DNA from: an uncultured Erysipelotrichaceae bacterium
Lineage (GTDB): Bacteria > Bacillota_I > Bacilli_A > RF39 > UBA660
Direction of reading: 5' to 3'
NCBI GenBank assembly: GCA_902764145.1
Contig: CACWUS010000004.1
Coordinates: forward strand, 8,997 to 72,996
Length of the DNA stretch: 64,000 bases
Shown here: positions 29,205 through 40,098 of the stretch, one piece after another
Layout of the letters: each line of letters opens with the position of its first letter
How positions within the stretch are numbered: position 1 is the stretch's first letter
Notes under the pieces: generated by a model
What the model was told of the DNA's origin: nothing
What the model saw: only the letters and a program-made list of their open reading frames with translations
The model's database searches: none
Translations under genes and position numbers: made by a program

Positions 29205-31928
29205 TTATTCATCATCCTCACATTCAAATTTATTGATTATTGCCTCACTTGATACAATGGTTTCAGTAGAAACAAATAATTTAAATAAACATTTTCCTCT
29301 CAAATACATATCCTGCATCTTTTCATCGCCAATTTCTTTAATCCAATCTGAACTATTTATAATGTCTTTTCTGACGGAATCATCTTTAGAGCAATCAATA
29401 ATTTTATAGTATATATTATTTTTTTTCAAAAGACCTTTTTCATCGATCTTTCTGTAACATATTGAAGGCACGTTATGTTTGTTCATAATGTATATATGTT
29501 TTGCTTTAGGCTCTAATATAACATCAATTTGTTTTCCATTAATTTCTATTTTTCCTTTATTATAATCATATATATTCATTGTTCTTAAATTAAATGGACT
29601 TGTTAATATAATATTATTATCCTCTTCCATATTTTTGATATATTCCTCAAAAGGTGTAGAACAAACCACTGATTTTTCATCAATTTTATCGATATATTCC
29701 TTTGAAATTCCAATATTCATAGAATGCGCATAGCTATCCGCCAACGTTTCGACACCATAAACATCTTCGAAGAATATATCTCTATCAATTACTTGATTAA
29801 ATCCTAACATTTTTTTGCTAACTTCTTTGGAATTTATTATTTTTTTATTCTTCTTCAAATAATTATATAAATTACTACCATCAGTAATCTTTTTTATCAA
29901 AAGATTATAAAATTGTTTAAACTTATCCGGTTGAATGTCATGTTCTCTAATATATTCTTCCTCATCAAGCTTTGACTTTTCTAACAAATTATTAATTTTT
30001 TTCAAAGCAATAGATTCATTATAATTAATTTTCAAGAAAGATTCTATGCTATTATTTTTTTCTTTTTCAGATATGATACTAATTAAACGTTCATAATAAT
30101 ATTTTTCATTTCTAGATATTAAAGTAGAATGCCTTATATCATCACTTGCAAAATTAATATTAAATAAATATAAGAAAGATTTTAAAACGAAAATATAATC
30201 AATACATATTCCTGACCATGAGTTTCTATATTTTTTATTTACATATCTAAAATCTAATCTTTCATATACCTCTTCAACATTTGAATAATAATTAAAATAT
30301 TTTTTAAAATAGTAAATAGCGTCCTCTACATCATATACATCAACAAAATTATTCTTTATATAGCTAATAATTCTTTTTATTGAAGGTATATCTTCTTCAG
30401 TAAATTTGCTTTTACTATGTAATATAATTAAAGAGTAAATAAAGCCAAAAGTAAATTGTAATTTAACAATATCATATTCGTTTAATTCTTCTGATGAATC
30501 AAATCTATAATTAACATGCTCAAAATATACATTTTCGAATATATCGCATATTGCATCAAACTCTTTTAATTCAAGTAAATCAAAAACAATATTTAAAACA
30601 TTAGACATCATTACATCAAAATAGCTTTTGTCATTATTTTTCTTTAAAGAATAATACTCATATCTAAAAGCTTCATTAGTATAACTATAAATAGTATCTC
30701 TAATATCATCTGTTTTTGATAGTTGTCTTTTATAACAATAATACATAAAACTTGATAGCATTTTATAATACTCATAATCTTCATTTGCATAAGCTATTGA
30801 TAGAAGAACATTCAATATTCTTACCATTTTTTTATTTTGTTCTAAATCTTCACATAGAGGAAGCAATTCTCTAATATACTCGTATGCTAAACATAACACT
30901 TTACTCATATTTTTTTGGTATAAATAATTATAAAAATCCATTAGCATTGTAAGATCTTTAAAACTATTATTTTTCTTATCGAGAGTAAAAGAATATAAAT
31001 CATTCAATATAAGATTTAAATCATTATCTTGAAACGGAATACTATCCTGTAAAATAACCGATTCACGAACATCATTAGCTATACTTAAAAAATCATTTCT
31101 TAAATATGCAATTGAAACTCCATGATTCAATTTATCCCCAGGATTAACCAATAAGATAACTACAGGATCGTTATCTAATGTTTGCTCTTTTCTTTTCAAA
31201 AGAGATTCATCAATTTTATCACTTATTGATTGTAAGACGTTAGTACTATAGCATTTAAAAATACCAGACTTTGTTGATTTAATTAAAGTAAAGTTACTTT
31301 CTTTATAGTCTTCCTTATTTGAAGAAAAATATTTTTCATTTGTGTCCATGAACTTTTTAAATCTATTATTATTCATCTTCTTTGAAGTATTTGAAATATT
31401 CTTTCTATTTATAGAATCGAGACATTTTTTTACATATAGATTATATTCTTTATAATAATAATCACTGTCTGAATTAAGCTTAATTGTCTTTGTGAACAAA
31501 CGAATTGTATTAATAATTGACTTGATTATAAAATAATTAAGAATTATCTCAAATATAAAATATGTAATATTTATTAAAAGATTGTCATCTAAAATATTTT
31601 CATCATACACTAATATTTGTTTTAAAAAATAAAACATTAGAATAACCAATGAAACGATTGTTGTTTTCTTTATATTTGTGGCATTTAAGATAAACCTCTT
31701 TTGAAATTCAGAAACTTTGTCTGAATCTTTTACCAATTCAACTATGAAAATAACAATAGCAACTAATATACTAAGTACTCCGATATATGCATCAAGTCTT
31801 AGTGAAGTGTCAAGTTTTAAAAAAATATTTTTATTCATGAATAACATAAAACTATAAATGTGTTTAATCGCCAATGGTATTATCCACTCAAAAAAATTTA
31901 TGATTTGATTTAATATATTAATTTTCAT
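29205..31928 (-). CDS. Large membrane protein (907 aa); N-terminal DUF2254-like region, then helical region and uncharacterised C-terminal domain
   Basis: ~3 TM segments, then KSGIF...VILLVNPGDKLNHG resembling DUF2254; GGGAGG RBS. Confidence 0.6.
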   Translation of the reverse strand: MKINILNQIINFFEWIIPLAIKHIYSFMLFMNKNIFLKLDTSLRLDAYIGVLSILVAIVIFIVELVKDSDKVSEFQKRFILNATNIKKTTIVSLVILMFYFLKQILVYDENILDDNLLINITYFIFEIILNYFIIKSIINTIRLFTKTIKLNSDSDYYYKEYNLYVKKCLDSINRKNISNTSKKMNNNRFKKFMDTNEKYFSSNKEDYKESNFTLIKSTKSGIFKCYSTNVLQSISDKIDESLLKRKEQTLDNDPVVILLVNPGDKLNHGVSIAYLRNDFLSIANDVRESVILQDSIPFQDNDLNLILNDLYSFTLDKKNNSFKDLTMLMDFYNYLYQKNMSKVLCLAYEYIRELLPLCEDLEQNKKMVRILNVLLSIAYANEDYEYYKMLSSFMYYCYKRQLSKTDDIRDTIYSYTNEAFRYEYYSLKKNNDKSYFDVMMSNVLNIVFDLLELKEFDAICDIFENVYFEHVNYRFDSSEELNEYDIVKLQFTFGFIYSLIILHSKSKFTEEDIPSIKRIISYIKNNFVDVYDVEDAIYYFKKYFNYYSNVEEVYERLDFRYVNKKYRNSWSGICIDYIFVLKSFLYLFNINFASDDIRHSTLISRNEKYYYERLISIISEKEKNNSIESFLKINYNESIALKKINNLLEKSKLDEEEYIREHDIQPDKFKQFYNLLIKKITDGSNLYNYLKKNKKIINSKEVSKKMLGFNQVIDRDIFFEDVYGVETLADSYAHSMNIGISKEYIDKIDEKSVVCSTPFEEYIKNMEEDNNIILTSPFNLRTMNIYDYNKGKIEINGKQIDVILEPKAKHIYIMNKHNVPSICYRKIDEKGLLKKNNIYYKIIDCSKDDSVRKDIINSSDWIKEIGDEKMQDMYLRGKCLFKLFVSTETIVSSEAIINKFECEDDE

Positions 31929-31944
31929 TATATTCCTCCCAACT

Positions 31945-32006
31945 AAAAAAGAGCATATTCCATCTTAAAAATGAAACACACTCTATTTTTTATATATATT
32001 ATACCA
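31945..32006 (-). promoter_or_regulatory. Extended -10 promoter followed by terminator-like leader hairpin (leader A)
   Basis: TGGTATAAT at 32006-31998; AGAGUGUGUUUCAU-uuuuaag-AUGGAAUAUGCUCU then a U-run and RBS. Confidence 0.6.
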
Positions 32007-32011
32007 CCAAA

Positions 32012-35000
32012 TTAGAATTTGTTGTTAGATATACTGAAGAATTTATCAAAGAATTCTAATAATTTATCTATAACCTTATTTTTCTTTTCTTGTCTATCAT
32101 TATTAGGAGTAAACATACTCATTGGTGGAAGTATTGTTGATACTTCTGTACCATTAGTTTCTACTCTTCCCTGTTCAAATGATCTTTGAATAAAGTTATA
32201 TGTTTCTTCTTTATTAAGGTTTTCTTCAGCAATTATCTTATCTAGCTCTTCTTTCTTTTTGCTATTCATAAATGATTCAAAATCAGCATATACATTTGAG
32301 TCTTGATCTAATGATTCTATGAATGCCATGATTAAATCTTTCTTATTTCTTAAATCTGGGCTAGCCATAATTGTCTTTTGAATAGTTACAAGAATTTCTT
32401 TATCTTCCATGTTACTGTCATGATACTTTTTAACTAAACCTAAGATGTAATCAATATTAACTTCTATAGATTTAATCAATTCCATTTCGAATACTACATC
32501 ATCAGTAACATCAGTTTTTTCTTGCTTAGCTCTATTTCTAAAATCTGTGTAAAGTTCAATATAGACACTTAAATAATCTTGTTTATCTCTTTCATTAATT
32601 AATTCTTGATCCTTAAACTCATCAAATGATGATAATATATTTGTTACTTTTAATATTTCACTATATAACTTAATAAATTCTTTTTGCTCTGTCTCACTTT
32701 GCATCAACTCCCCTGGTGCAAATTTAGAAGTCAATTTTTCAACTAATGTTTTATATCCCTCAAATGATTTACCATTCTCTTCTTCATATCCATAATAATA
32801 ATCTTTATATGGCTTTAATAATACAACACCATGAGCTGTTTCATCACCGAATTTAGCTAATGCTTCATTAAGTCTATTCTCTAAGTTTCTAAATGAAACG
32901 ATATTACCATAAGTTTTAACACTATTTAAGATTCTGTTAGTTCTTGAGAACGCTTGAATTAATCCATGCCATTTTAAGTTCTTATCTACCCATAATGTAT
33001 TTAAAGTTTTAGCATCAAATCCTGTTAAGAACATATTAGCAACTATTAGGATATCTATTTCTCTATTCTTCATTCTTAAAGAAACATCTTTATAATAGTT
33101 TTGAAATCTTTCTGATGAAGTATCATAGCTTGTTCCAAACATATTATTATAGTCTTTAATAGCATTTTCTAAGAATGTTCTATCATCTGTGCTTAATGCC
33201 TCAGTTGATTCAGAGTTTTCATCTATAACTCCATCTTCTCCATTTACTCCATATGAGTATATTAATGCGACTTTTAGACTACTATTTTTAAGAGCTAATT
33301 CTTTCTTGAACTCAGCATAGTATTCTTTAGCCATTTTTATGCTTGATACAGCGAATATTGAGTTGAAACCGTTAATACTCTTCTTAGATTTTATTTCTTC
33401 AATATCACGCCTTTTAGCCACTGCTACGACATTATCTAGAGTTGAATAAACATAGCTCTCTGATGTTTTAGTCTTTGTACTAAAATGTTCTATTATGTAA
33501 TCAGTAATCATACTAATTCTGATCTGATTATCAAATAGTTTTTCTTCATCTATGTTATATATTTTTTCATCTTTAACATCATCACGAAGATCTACTCTTC
33601 CAACATATTCATATCTAAATGGTAATACATTCTTATCTGCTATAGCATTTACTATTGTATAAGTATGTAATCTTTCTCCAAAGATTTGTTCTGTTGTTTC
33701 AGATATACCTTTTATTGTTCTAGCATTTTCTGGGAATATTGGAGTTCCTGTAAATCCGAATAAATAGTATTTATTGAATTTCTTAATAATTGCTTTATGC
33801 ATATCTCCAAATTGAGATCTATGGCATTCATCAAAGATAAATACTACATGCTTATTAAATACATCACTTTGTTCATTCTTTTTGATGAATTGAGAGAGCT
33901 TTTGAATTGTAGTAATTATTATCTTAGCATTAGGATCATTTAATTGTTCTTCTAATACTTTTGTTGATGTATTAGAGTTAGCAGCTCCCTCTTTAAATCT
34001 ATCGTATTCTTTCATTGTTTGATAGTCTAAGTCTTTTCTATCAACTACAAATAATACTTTATCTATAAAATCTAATTTACTAGCCAATTGAGAAGTCTTA
34101 AATGAAGTTAATGTTTTACCTGATCCAGTTGTATGCCAAATGTATCCGCCTGACTTTAATGTTCCATAGAACTTGTTATTATATGCAATTGTAATTCTAT
34201 TTAAAATCTTTTCAGTTGCTACTATTTGATATGGACGCATTACTAATAAATCTTCTTCACTTGTAAATACACAATACTTAGTTAATACATTTAATAATGT
34301 ATGTTTAGTAAAGAATGTTTTAGCAAAATCGATTAGATCTGTAATTCCATTATTCTTTTGATCTGCCCAATATGAAGTAAATTCAAATGAGTTAGATTTC
34401 TTTTTCTTTTGATTGTTAATATGGAACTCTCTTGTAGTATTAGAATAATACTTAGTTAATGTTCCATTTGAAATAACAAATATTTGAACAAAATTATATA
34501 ATCCTGATCCCGCCCAGAACGAATCTCTTTGATATCTTTCTATTTGGTTGAAAGCTTCTCTTAAATCAATTCCTCTTTTCTTTAATTCAACGTGAACTAA
34601 AGGAAGACCATTTACTAAGATTGTTACATCATATCTGTTATCAAAATTACCATCATTATTAACATATTGATTTAATACTTGAAGACTATTATTATGAATA
34701 TTATTTTTATCTATTAAATAAATATTTTTCTTTTCTCCTGAATCAAGAGTTATTTCTTGTTTATAATCTTCCTGAATTAATCTTGTTTTTTCAATTATGT
34801 AATCATTTTTATTAGCAATTACTTTTGTGAAGAATTCATCCCACTCCCCATCAGTAAAATGGTAATTATTAAGTTTTTCTAATTGTCTTCTTAAGTTAAG
34901 AATCAATTCATCTTCAGAGTTAATGTTTAATCTTTCATAACCCTGTTCAACTAAAGTTTTGATTAATTCTTTTTCAAGAGCATCTTCACTTTGAAAAGAT

Positions 35001-35086
35001 GTTGCTACTCTATTTAAACCTGTATATTCAGCTAATACAGTAGAGTTATCGTTTTCACTTATTAAACCTATACTACTCACTAACAC
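32012..35086 (-). CDS. hsdR: Type I restriction enzyme R subunit (EcoR124I/type IC-like)
   Basis: RYDVTILVNGLPLVHVELK, WHTTGSGKT, DECHRSQFG, MFLTGFDAKTLNTL, QAFSRTNR. Confidence 0.96.
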   Translation of the reverse strand: MLVSSIGLISENDNSTVLAEYTGLNRVATSFQSEDALEKELIKTLVEQGYERLNINSEDELILNLRRQLEKLNNYHFTDGEWDEFFTKVIANKNDYIIEKTRLIQEDYKQEITLDSGEKKNIYLIDKNNIHNNSLQVLNQYVNNDGNFDNRYDVTILVNGLPLVHVELKKRGIDLREAFNQIERYQRDSFWAGSGLYNFVQIFVISNGTLTKYYSNTTREFHINNQKKKKSNSFEFTSYWADQKNNGITDLIDFAKTFFTKHTLLNVLTKYCVFTSEEDLLVMRPYQIVATEKILNRITIAYNNKFYGTLKSGGYIWHTTGSGKTLTSFKTSQLASKLDFIDKVLFVVDRKDLDYQTMKEYDRFKEGAANSNTSTKVLEEQLNDPNAKIIITTIQKLSQFIKKNEQSDVFNKHVVFIFDECHRSQFGDMHKAIIKKFNKYYLFGFTGTPIFPENARTIKGISETTEQIFGERLHTYTIVNAIADKNVLPFRYEYVGRVDLRDDVKDEKIYNIDEEKLFDNQIRISMITDYIIEHFSTKTKTSESYVYSTLDNVVAVAKRRDIEEIKSKKSINGFNSIFAVSSIKMAKEYYAEFKKELALKNSSLKVALIYSYGVNGEDGVIDENSESTEALSTDDRTFLENAIKDYNNMFGTSYDTSSERFQNYYKDVSLRMKNREIDILIVANMFLTGFDAKTLNTLWVDKNLKWHGLIQAFSRTNRILNSVKTYGNIVSFRNLENRLNEALAKFGDETAHGVVLLKPYKDYYYGYEEENGKSFEGYKTLVEKLTSKFAPGELMQSETEQKEFIKLYSEILKVTNILSSFDEFKDQELINERDKQDYLSVYIELYTDFRNRAKQEKTDVTDDVVFEMELIKSIEVNIDYILGLVKKYHDSNMEDKEILVTIQKTIMASPDLRNKKDLIMAFIESLDQDSNVYADFESFMNSKKKEELDKIIAEENLNKEETYNFIQRSFEQGRVETNGTEVSTILPPMSMFTPNNDRQEKKNKVIDKLLEFFDKFFSISNNKF

Positions 35087-36338
35087 TCAACTCCTCAAAA
35101 CTTAATAATTTATTTCTATAATATTCATATTGTTTTCTTCTTAATTCAATTTCTGCAGGAAGACCTACTGTTATATCATTTGCCAATTCTTCAAACTTAT
35201 CTAATATTTTAACAATTCTGTTTTGTTCTTCTTTTGGCGGTAAGACAACTTGTATTGAACTTGCCATTTTAAAATTAATTGCAGGCATTGTTGAACCACC
35301 ACCAGTATTATTTAATGATTTATAAATCTTATCTTGCGATAGATAGTGCCATAAATACTTAATGTCAATTTCATTAGTTGTTAAATTTATTTTGAACATA
35401 TTATTTGCAATTGCTCCATATTTGTTAATAAACACTTTGCCAGCAGCACTAGCACCATATCTAATCATTACCATTTCTTCATTTTCTTTTTTTATATATT
35501 TTTTGTCTGGCTTAATGATGTATCTAGGTGGCTCATCATCTTTTACAAAATCAACAATTCTTAAAAATGGGACCATTCCATCATCACAATAATCTTTTTG
35601 ATCTTTTGGATCTACTTGTATACCCTGAGAAAATGTCGCATAATCTCCCAATGAAACAACAGAATATTTTCCATTATTTAAAAGTTTTTCACGCCAAAAC
35701 TCATATTGACTCTTTCTCGCTTCTAGCTCCGCTTCTAGCTCCGCTTCTAGCTCCGCTTCTAGCTCGCCAAATTTATCAAAAATTATTGCTATTTCTTCTT
35801 GTATTTCTAACGGAGGACAAGGAATCTTAATTTTTAGAAATTTTTCTTTTGATAAATTATATCTTGTGACACCAAATGAGCATGTTATTATTTTATTTCT
35901 AAAATTTTTATCTCTAAATAAATGTTTTAGAAAATCTGGATTATATTTATCATAGAATACGTCATTTAACCTAAATCCAAAACAAAAGCTATTTAAATAT
36001 ATTTTTTCATTTGGTTCTTTAGTAACAACTGATACCATTCCACTATCCTCTAAATTTTCGGATGATCCAGCTACCAAGATATCTTTATATTTGATTTCAT
36101 TTTGCTTTTCATTTTCCTTTACTTGAACATAATCTTCGACGTTTAGATTTGTTGATGGATTATTATAAATGTTAGTATATGTTATGTATTTGCAATTTCC
36201 ATTTTCAAAATCCTTTTTTGACTTACCTGATAATCCGTTAAATTGATTACCAATTTCAGATAGTTTATAATATCTAACCCCATTAGGACATAGTTCTTTT
36301 ATCAAATTATTTATTTTACTCATGATAATCAACCTCAA
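35073..36338 (-). CDS. hsdS: Type I restriction specificity subunit, two TRDs
   Basis: ELCPNGV, PPLEIQEEI, (ELEA)4 spacer, GLPAEIELRRKQYEYYRNKLL. Confidence 0.95.
   Translation of the reverse strand: MRLIIMSKINNLIKELCPNGVRYYKLSEIGNQFNGLSGKSKKDFENGNCKYITYTNIYNNPSTNLNVEDYVQVKENEKQNEIKYKDILVAGSSENLEDSGMVSVVTKEPNEKIYLNSFCFGFRLNDVFYDKYNPDFLKHLFRDKNFRNKIITCSFGVTRYNLSKEKFLKIKIPCPPLEIQEEIAIIFDKFGELEAELEAELEAELEARKSQYEFWREKLLNNGKYSVVSLGDYATFSQGIQVDPKDQKDYCDDGMVPFLRIVDFVKDDEPPRYIIKPDKKYIKKENEEMVMIRYGASAAGKVFINKYGAIANNMFKINLTTNEIDIKYLWHYLSQDKIYKSLNNTGGGSTMPAINFKMASSIQVVLPPKEEQNRIVKILDKFEELANDITVGLPAEIELRRKQYEYYRNKLLSFEELSVSE
35718..35765. repeat. 4 perfect copies of a 12-bp tandem repeat in the hsdS central spacer
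   Basis: (cgcttctagctc)x4, encoding ELEA x4 on the minus strand. Confidence 0.95.
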
Positions 36339-37881
36339 GTTCTTTGATTATCTCTTCAAGCTCTTTTCTAATTTGTTGTTGTCTTGGTACAACTTCAGAA
36401 AGCATTTTGTTTACTTCTGCTATATCAATCTTGTTATCTTCAGTATTTGTTTTTAAATATGAATTAACTGATATATTATAATCATTTTCTTTAACCTCAT
36501 CATATGTAGCTAAATATGATCTGTTTTCTATAGACTTTCTATCTTTCAAGAAATCTACTATGTTGTTAATGTTTCTATCTGATAATTTATTTTTATTTGT
36601 GTTTCTTGTAAATTCTTCAGATGCATCTACAAATAAAATATTATTGTCAGCCTTGTTTTTCTTAAGCACTAATATACATGTAGCTATTGATGTTCCAAAG
36701 AATAAATCTGGTGGTAATTGGATAACTGTATCTACAAAGTTATTATCAATCATATATTGTCTGATTTTTTGTTCTGCTCCACCTCTATAAAGAACACCTG
36801 GGAACTCGACTATAGCTGCAGTACCTTTAGGAGATAACCATGATAACATGTGCATAGTAAATGCTAAATCGGCTTTTGATTCAGGTGCTAATATTCCTGC
36901 TGGAGCAAATCTTTCATCATTTATTAATATTGGATTAGATTTACCTGCCCATTTGATTGAATATGGAGGATTAGAAACTATTGCATCAAATGGTTCATCA
37001 TTCCAATGAGCTGGATGAATTAATGTATCTCCTCTTTCGATACTAAAATTATTGTAATTAATGTTATGTAAGAACATATTAATTCTAGCTAAGTTGTAAG
37101 TTGTAAGATTTATTTCTTGACCAAAAAATCCCTCTCTTACATTTTCTTTTCCAAGTATCTTAGCAAATTTTAAAAGTAATCCACCTGATCCACATGCTGG
37201 ATCGTATACTTTATTAACAGAGGTTTTATCCATAATAACTATTCTTGCAAGTAATTCTCCAACTTCTTGAGGAGTAAAGAATTCTCCTCCCGATTTACCT
37301 GCAGATGAAGCATACATTGTCATCAAGAACTCATATGCATCTCCGAATAAATCTATGTTGTTATCTTCATAATCTCCAAAGTTTAAATCCCCAATTGCAT
37401 TTAATAATTTAACAAGTTTTTCATTTCTTTCATCAACTGTATTACCTAATTTATTATCAATAGTAAAATCATCAAATAATCCTTTAACATCGTCTTCTGA
37501 TGCAGATCCTCTTGCTGATGATTCTATATTATTAAATACATTTGAAATAACAACATTAAGATTTTCATTCTTATCTGCACCTTTTCTTATGTTGCAAAAC
37601 AATTCACTTGGAAGAATAAAGAATCCTTTTTCATCAAGTATTTGTGATTTTCCAAGTAATGCTTCTTCATCAGAAATATTTCGATATTGAAAATCTGTAA
37701 TACCTGCTTTTCTTTGATTCTCATTAACATAGTTTTCAATATTCTCTGATATAAATCTATAAAATAACAATCCTAAAACGTATTGTTTAAAATCCCATCC
37801 ATCTACAGAACCTCTTAACTCATTTGCTATTTTCCAAATCGTTTTATGAAGTTCTTCTCTTTCTTTATCTCTATTATTCAT
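36316..37881 (-). CDS. hsdM: Type I N6-adenine methyltransferase
   Basis: LRGSVDGWDFKQY, GKSGGEFFTPQ, YDPACGSG, NPPY. Confidence 0.96.
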   Translation of the reverse strand: MNNRDKEREELHKTIWKIANELRGSVDGWDFKQYVLGLLFYRFISENIENYVNENQRKAGITDFQYRNISDEEALLGKSQILDEKGFFILPSELFCNIRKGADKNENLNVVISNVFNNIESSARGSASEDDVKGLFDDFTIDNKLGNTVDERNEKLVKLLNAIGDLNFGDYEDNNIDLFGDAYEFLMTMYASSAGKSGGEFFTPQEVGELLARIVIMDKTSVNKVYDPACGSGGLLLKFAKILGKENVREGFFGQEINLTTYNLARINMFLHNINYNNFSIERGDTLIHPAHWNDEPFDAIVSNPPYSIKWAGKSNPILINDERFAPAGILAPESKADLAFTMHMLSWLSPKGTAAIVEFPGVLYRGGAEQKIRQYMIDNNFVDTVIQLPPDLFFGTSIATCILVLKKNKADNNILFVDASEEFTRNTNKNKLSDRNINNIVDFLKDRKSIENRSYLATYDEVKENDYNISVNSYLKTNTEDNKIDIAEVNKMLSEVVPRQQQIRKELEEIIKELEVDYHE

Positions 37882-37957
37882 TTTTACCTCCTAATAACCC
37901 TACCACTTAAAATTATATCATAATTTTTTTATTTTAGTATTTTATATCCTAATTAAT

Positions 37958-37991
37958 AAAAAAAGAATATTAGTAAAAAACTAATATTCTT
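37958..37991 (-). terminator. Intrinsic terminator
   Basis: aagaatattagt-aaaa-aactaatattctt with an A-run on the left. Confidence 0.6.
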
Positions 37992-38187
37992 AATTTAAAA
38001 CCATATTAGGTATTTTATTATCATCCAAAACACCTCTCATATATTGCATAGAATTCTTTCATGAATTTAATTGAGATTCAGTTGTTCTACCAAAAAACTT
38101 TCTATATCTTTCATATATTTTATTAACAATCATATTTAAATTAACATCATTAATAAATTCTGATTTAATTCCTTCATATACTAACAT
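37990..38187 (-). pseudogene. N-terminal fragment of a DUF2075-type (Schlafen group 3) nuclease-helicase, with internal TGA
   Basis: Hand translation MLVYEGIKSEFINDV...FFGRTTESQLNS*KNSMQYMRGVLDDNKIPN; as I recall the family has SWxNS here; TGA at 38061-38059; truncated after 65 codons; AGGTGA RBS. Confidence 0.65.
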
Positions 38188-38227
38188 ACTTCATTCACCT
38201 ATATACTGATTGTAACATAAAATAAAA

Positions 38228-39268
38228 TTACCTAATATATTTCTGTTCTTTTGTTAAATAATCTTTTTGAAAATTTTCCCACATTAAATGATACTCATTA
38301 TAATTCTTTTTGCTTACACTTCTTTTTTTATAATTTATTAATTCATTATCAACATTTTTTGAAATTACTTTCATATAAGAATTTTCCACTATTATTTTTT
38401 TCATAAAATTACTTTGTTCCTTATTTGCATAATATCTCGGTTGAACCTTCTCACCAACTCTAGTGTAAATTATTTTTTTACTGGAAATTGGAAATAGTAT
38501 AAAAACATTTTTTTGATTCCAACTACAATTTAATCTATAATTATTACCATTTAAATACTCTAGAAAAATAATTGGATTATCACTAGTTGGCAAATCAATT
38601 TCATCATCCACCGTTATTATACCCCATTTGTTACTGTGAAAAATAGATGAAACGAAATCTAATAGTTTCATTGCCATAGATAAGTAAAATTGTTTCCCTG
38701 TATATGTTTCTATTTTTAATAGATTATTTTTTTCTATAGTTACATTTAAAGGAAATAAACTAGCATAACTTAAATCATCTTTGTTCTCATTATTATTATT
38801 TTGAAATTTATTTTTTGTCATTGAAGATAGTTTTTTCCCAAATTCTTCACATTCTTCTTCAAATATCTTTGAAAATTCATTTTTATCTATATTTAAAATT
38901 TTCAATAAAGTACTTGGCATTCTTATTAAATTACATACTAAGAAGTCTATTATAGCATTCCAATCTTCTATTGATAATTTTTCTCCTTTTTTTGCTCTAT
39001 TCAATGGTTCATTAGCAGGTGTTTCATACTTTTCACTAAACATCTTTTCAATATCATCTATTTCAATCCCATTACTAAATCTTACGAACATACTATCATA
39101 GGTACACACATTTTTAATTGCTTCCTTATTCCATATAGGAATATTTTTATTTGATACTAAAAGATTATAAACCCAAACCTTTCCAGATTCACATTCCCAT
39201 TCTTTCAAATACATTTTAGATATATAATGATTGTTTCTCGATATTTCACTTCTCATATAATCACCCAA
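38228..39268 (-). CDS. DUF4238-like protein
   Basis: NHYISKMYLKEW at N-terminus, LPTSDNPI, FPISSK. Confidence 0.75.
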   Translation of the reverse strand: MGDYMRSEISRNNHYISKMYLKEWECESGKVWVYNLLVSNKNIPIWNKEAIKNVCTYDSMFVRFSNGIEIDDIEKMFSEKYETPANEPLNRAKKGEKLSIEDWNAIIDFLVCNLIRMPSTLLKILNIDKNEFSKIFEEECEEFGKKLSSMTKNKFQNNNNENKDDLSYASLFPLNVTIEKNNLLKIETYTGKQFYLSMAMKLLDFVSSIFHSNKWGIITVDDEIDLPTSDNPIIFLEYLNGNNYRLNCSWNQKNVFILFPISSKKIIYTRVGEKVQPRYYANKEQSNFMKKIIVENSYMKVISKNVDNELINYKKRSVSKKNYNEYHLMWENFQKDYLTKEQKYIR

Positions 39269-39338
39269 TAAAACAATAGTATCTTTATTATATCATGGAT
39301 AATATGTTATAATAATTAGCAATATTTGAGGTGATATT

Positions 39339-39974
39339 ATGTTTGAAGATATAGAAAAAATATTTAAAAGAGAAGATTTATTAACTAAAATATCAAGGCT
39401 ATTTCCAATTTTATATATTTTCACTGCTTCATTACTTACTATATTTAGAAGTCTCAAAATGAACATATTTATTTTTTTAATTGTCATATTTGCAATAGAT
39501 TTTTTCTTTTATGCATTTATAATGTATTTATTTCTCTTTATATCAAGCAATATAAGTATTAAAAAAATATTTAATATAAAATTTTCAATTAATAGAATCA
39601 AAAACTATATAAATAATAGTAAAAAGAAACTTAAAAATAAAATATCAAAAAGAGTTAATATCAAAACTAAAGAACAATATATTCCAATAATAAATCATTA
39701 TAGAGATTATTCATTAAAAAAGATTATTTTTAAGTTTAATTTTAATGACTTATTATCAATAATCAGTGTTATTTTAACTTTAACTTTTGGAATATATAAA
39801 TTTGAACCTGATACTTCAACAATGTATATAAAAATTATTTCAACGATAATATTATTACCTTCACTTACAATATTATTAATTAATATGATAATTGATGATT
39901 ATAGTATTTTTATTGGAAAAAAGGACATATATAAAAGATTAGAAGAAATGTTCACAGAATTATATTTAGAATAA
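39339..39974 (+). CDS. Hypothetical membrane protein (~4 TM)
   Basis: ORF track; GAGGTG RBS and TGTTATAAT upstream. Confidence 0.65.
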   Translation: MFEDIEKIFKREDLLTKISRLFPILYIFTASLLTIFRSLKMNIFIFLIVIFAIDFFFYAFIMYLFLFISSNISIKKIFNIKFSINRIKNYINNSKKKLKNKISKRVNIKTKEQYIPIINHYRDYSLKKIIFKFNFNDLLSIISVILTLTFGIYKFEPDTSTMYIKIISTIILLPSLTILLINMIIDDYSIFIGKKDIYKRLEEMFTELYLE

Positions 39975-40059
39975 TTTAAGAAAACATATTGTATTAAATT
40001 ATTGATTCTTTTAAATAATTAATACCAAACAATAACAAATAGTAATGAAACAGGGATAA

Positions 40060-40097
40060 TAAAAATGACATAGCTCACTAGAAGCTTGTCATTTTTA
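40060..40097. terminator. Bidirectional terminator
   Basis: aaaaatgaca(t)agct...agcttgtcattttt between convergent genes. Confidence 0.65.
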
Positions 40098-40098
40098 T

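Noticed and set aside
35073..37881. hsdS shufflon (invertible TRDs)
   Set aside because: Single hsdS, with no silent copies or tyrosine recombinase adjacent.
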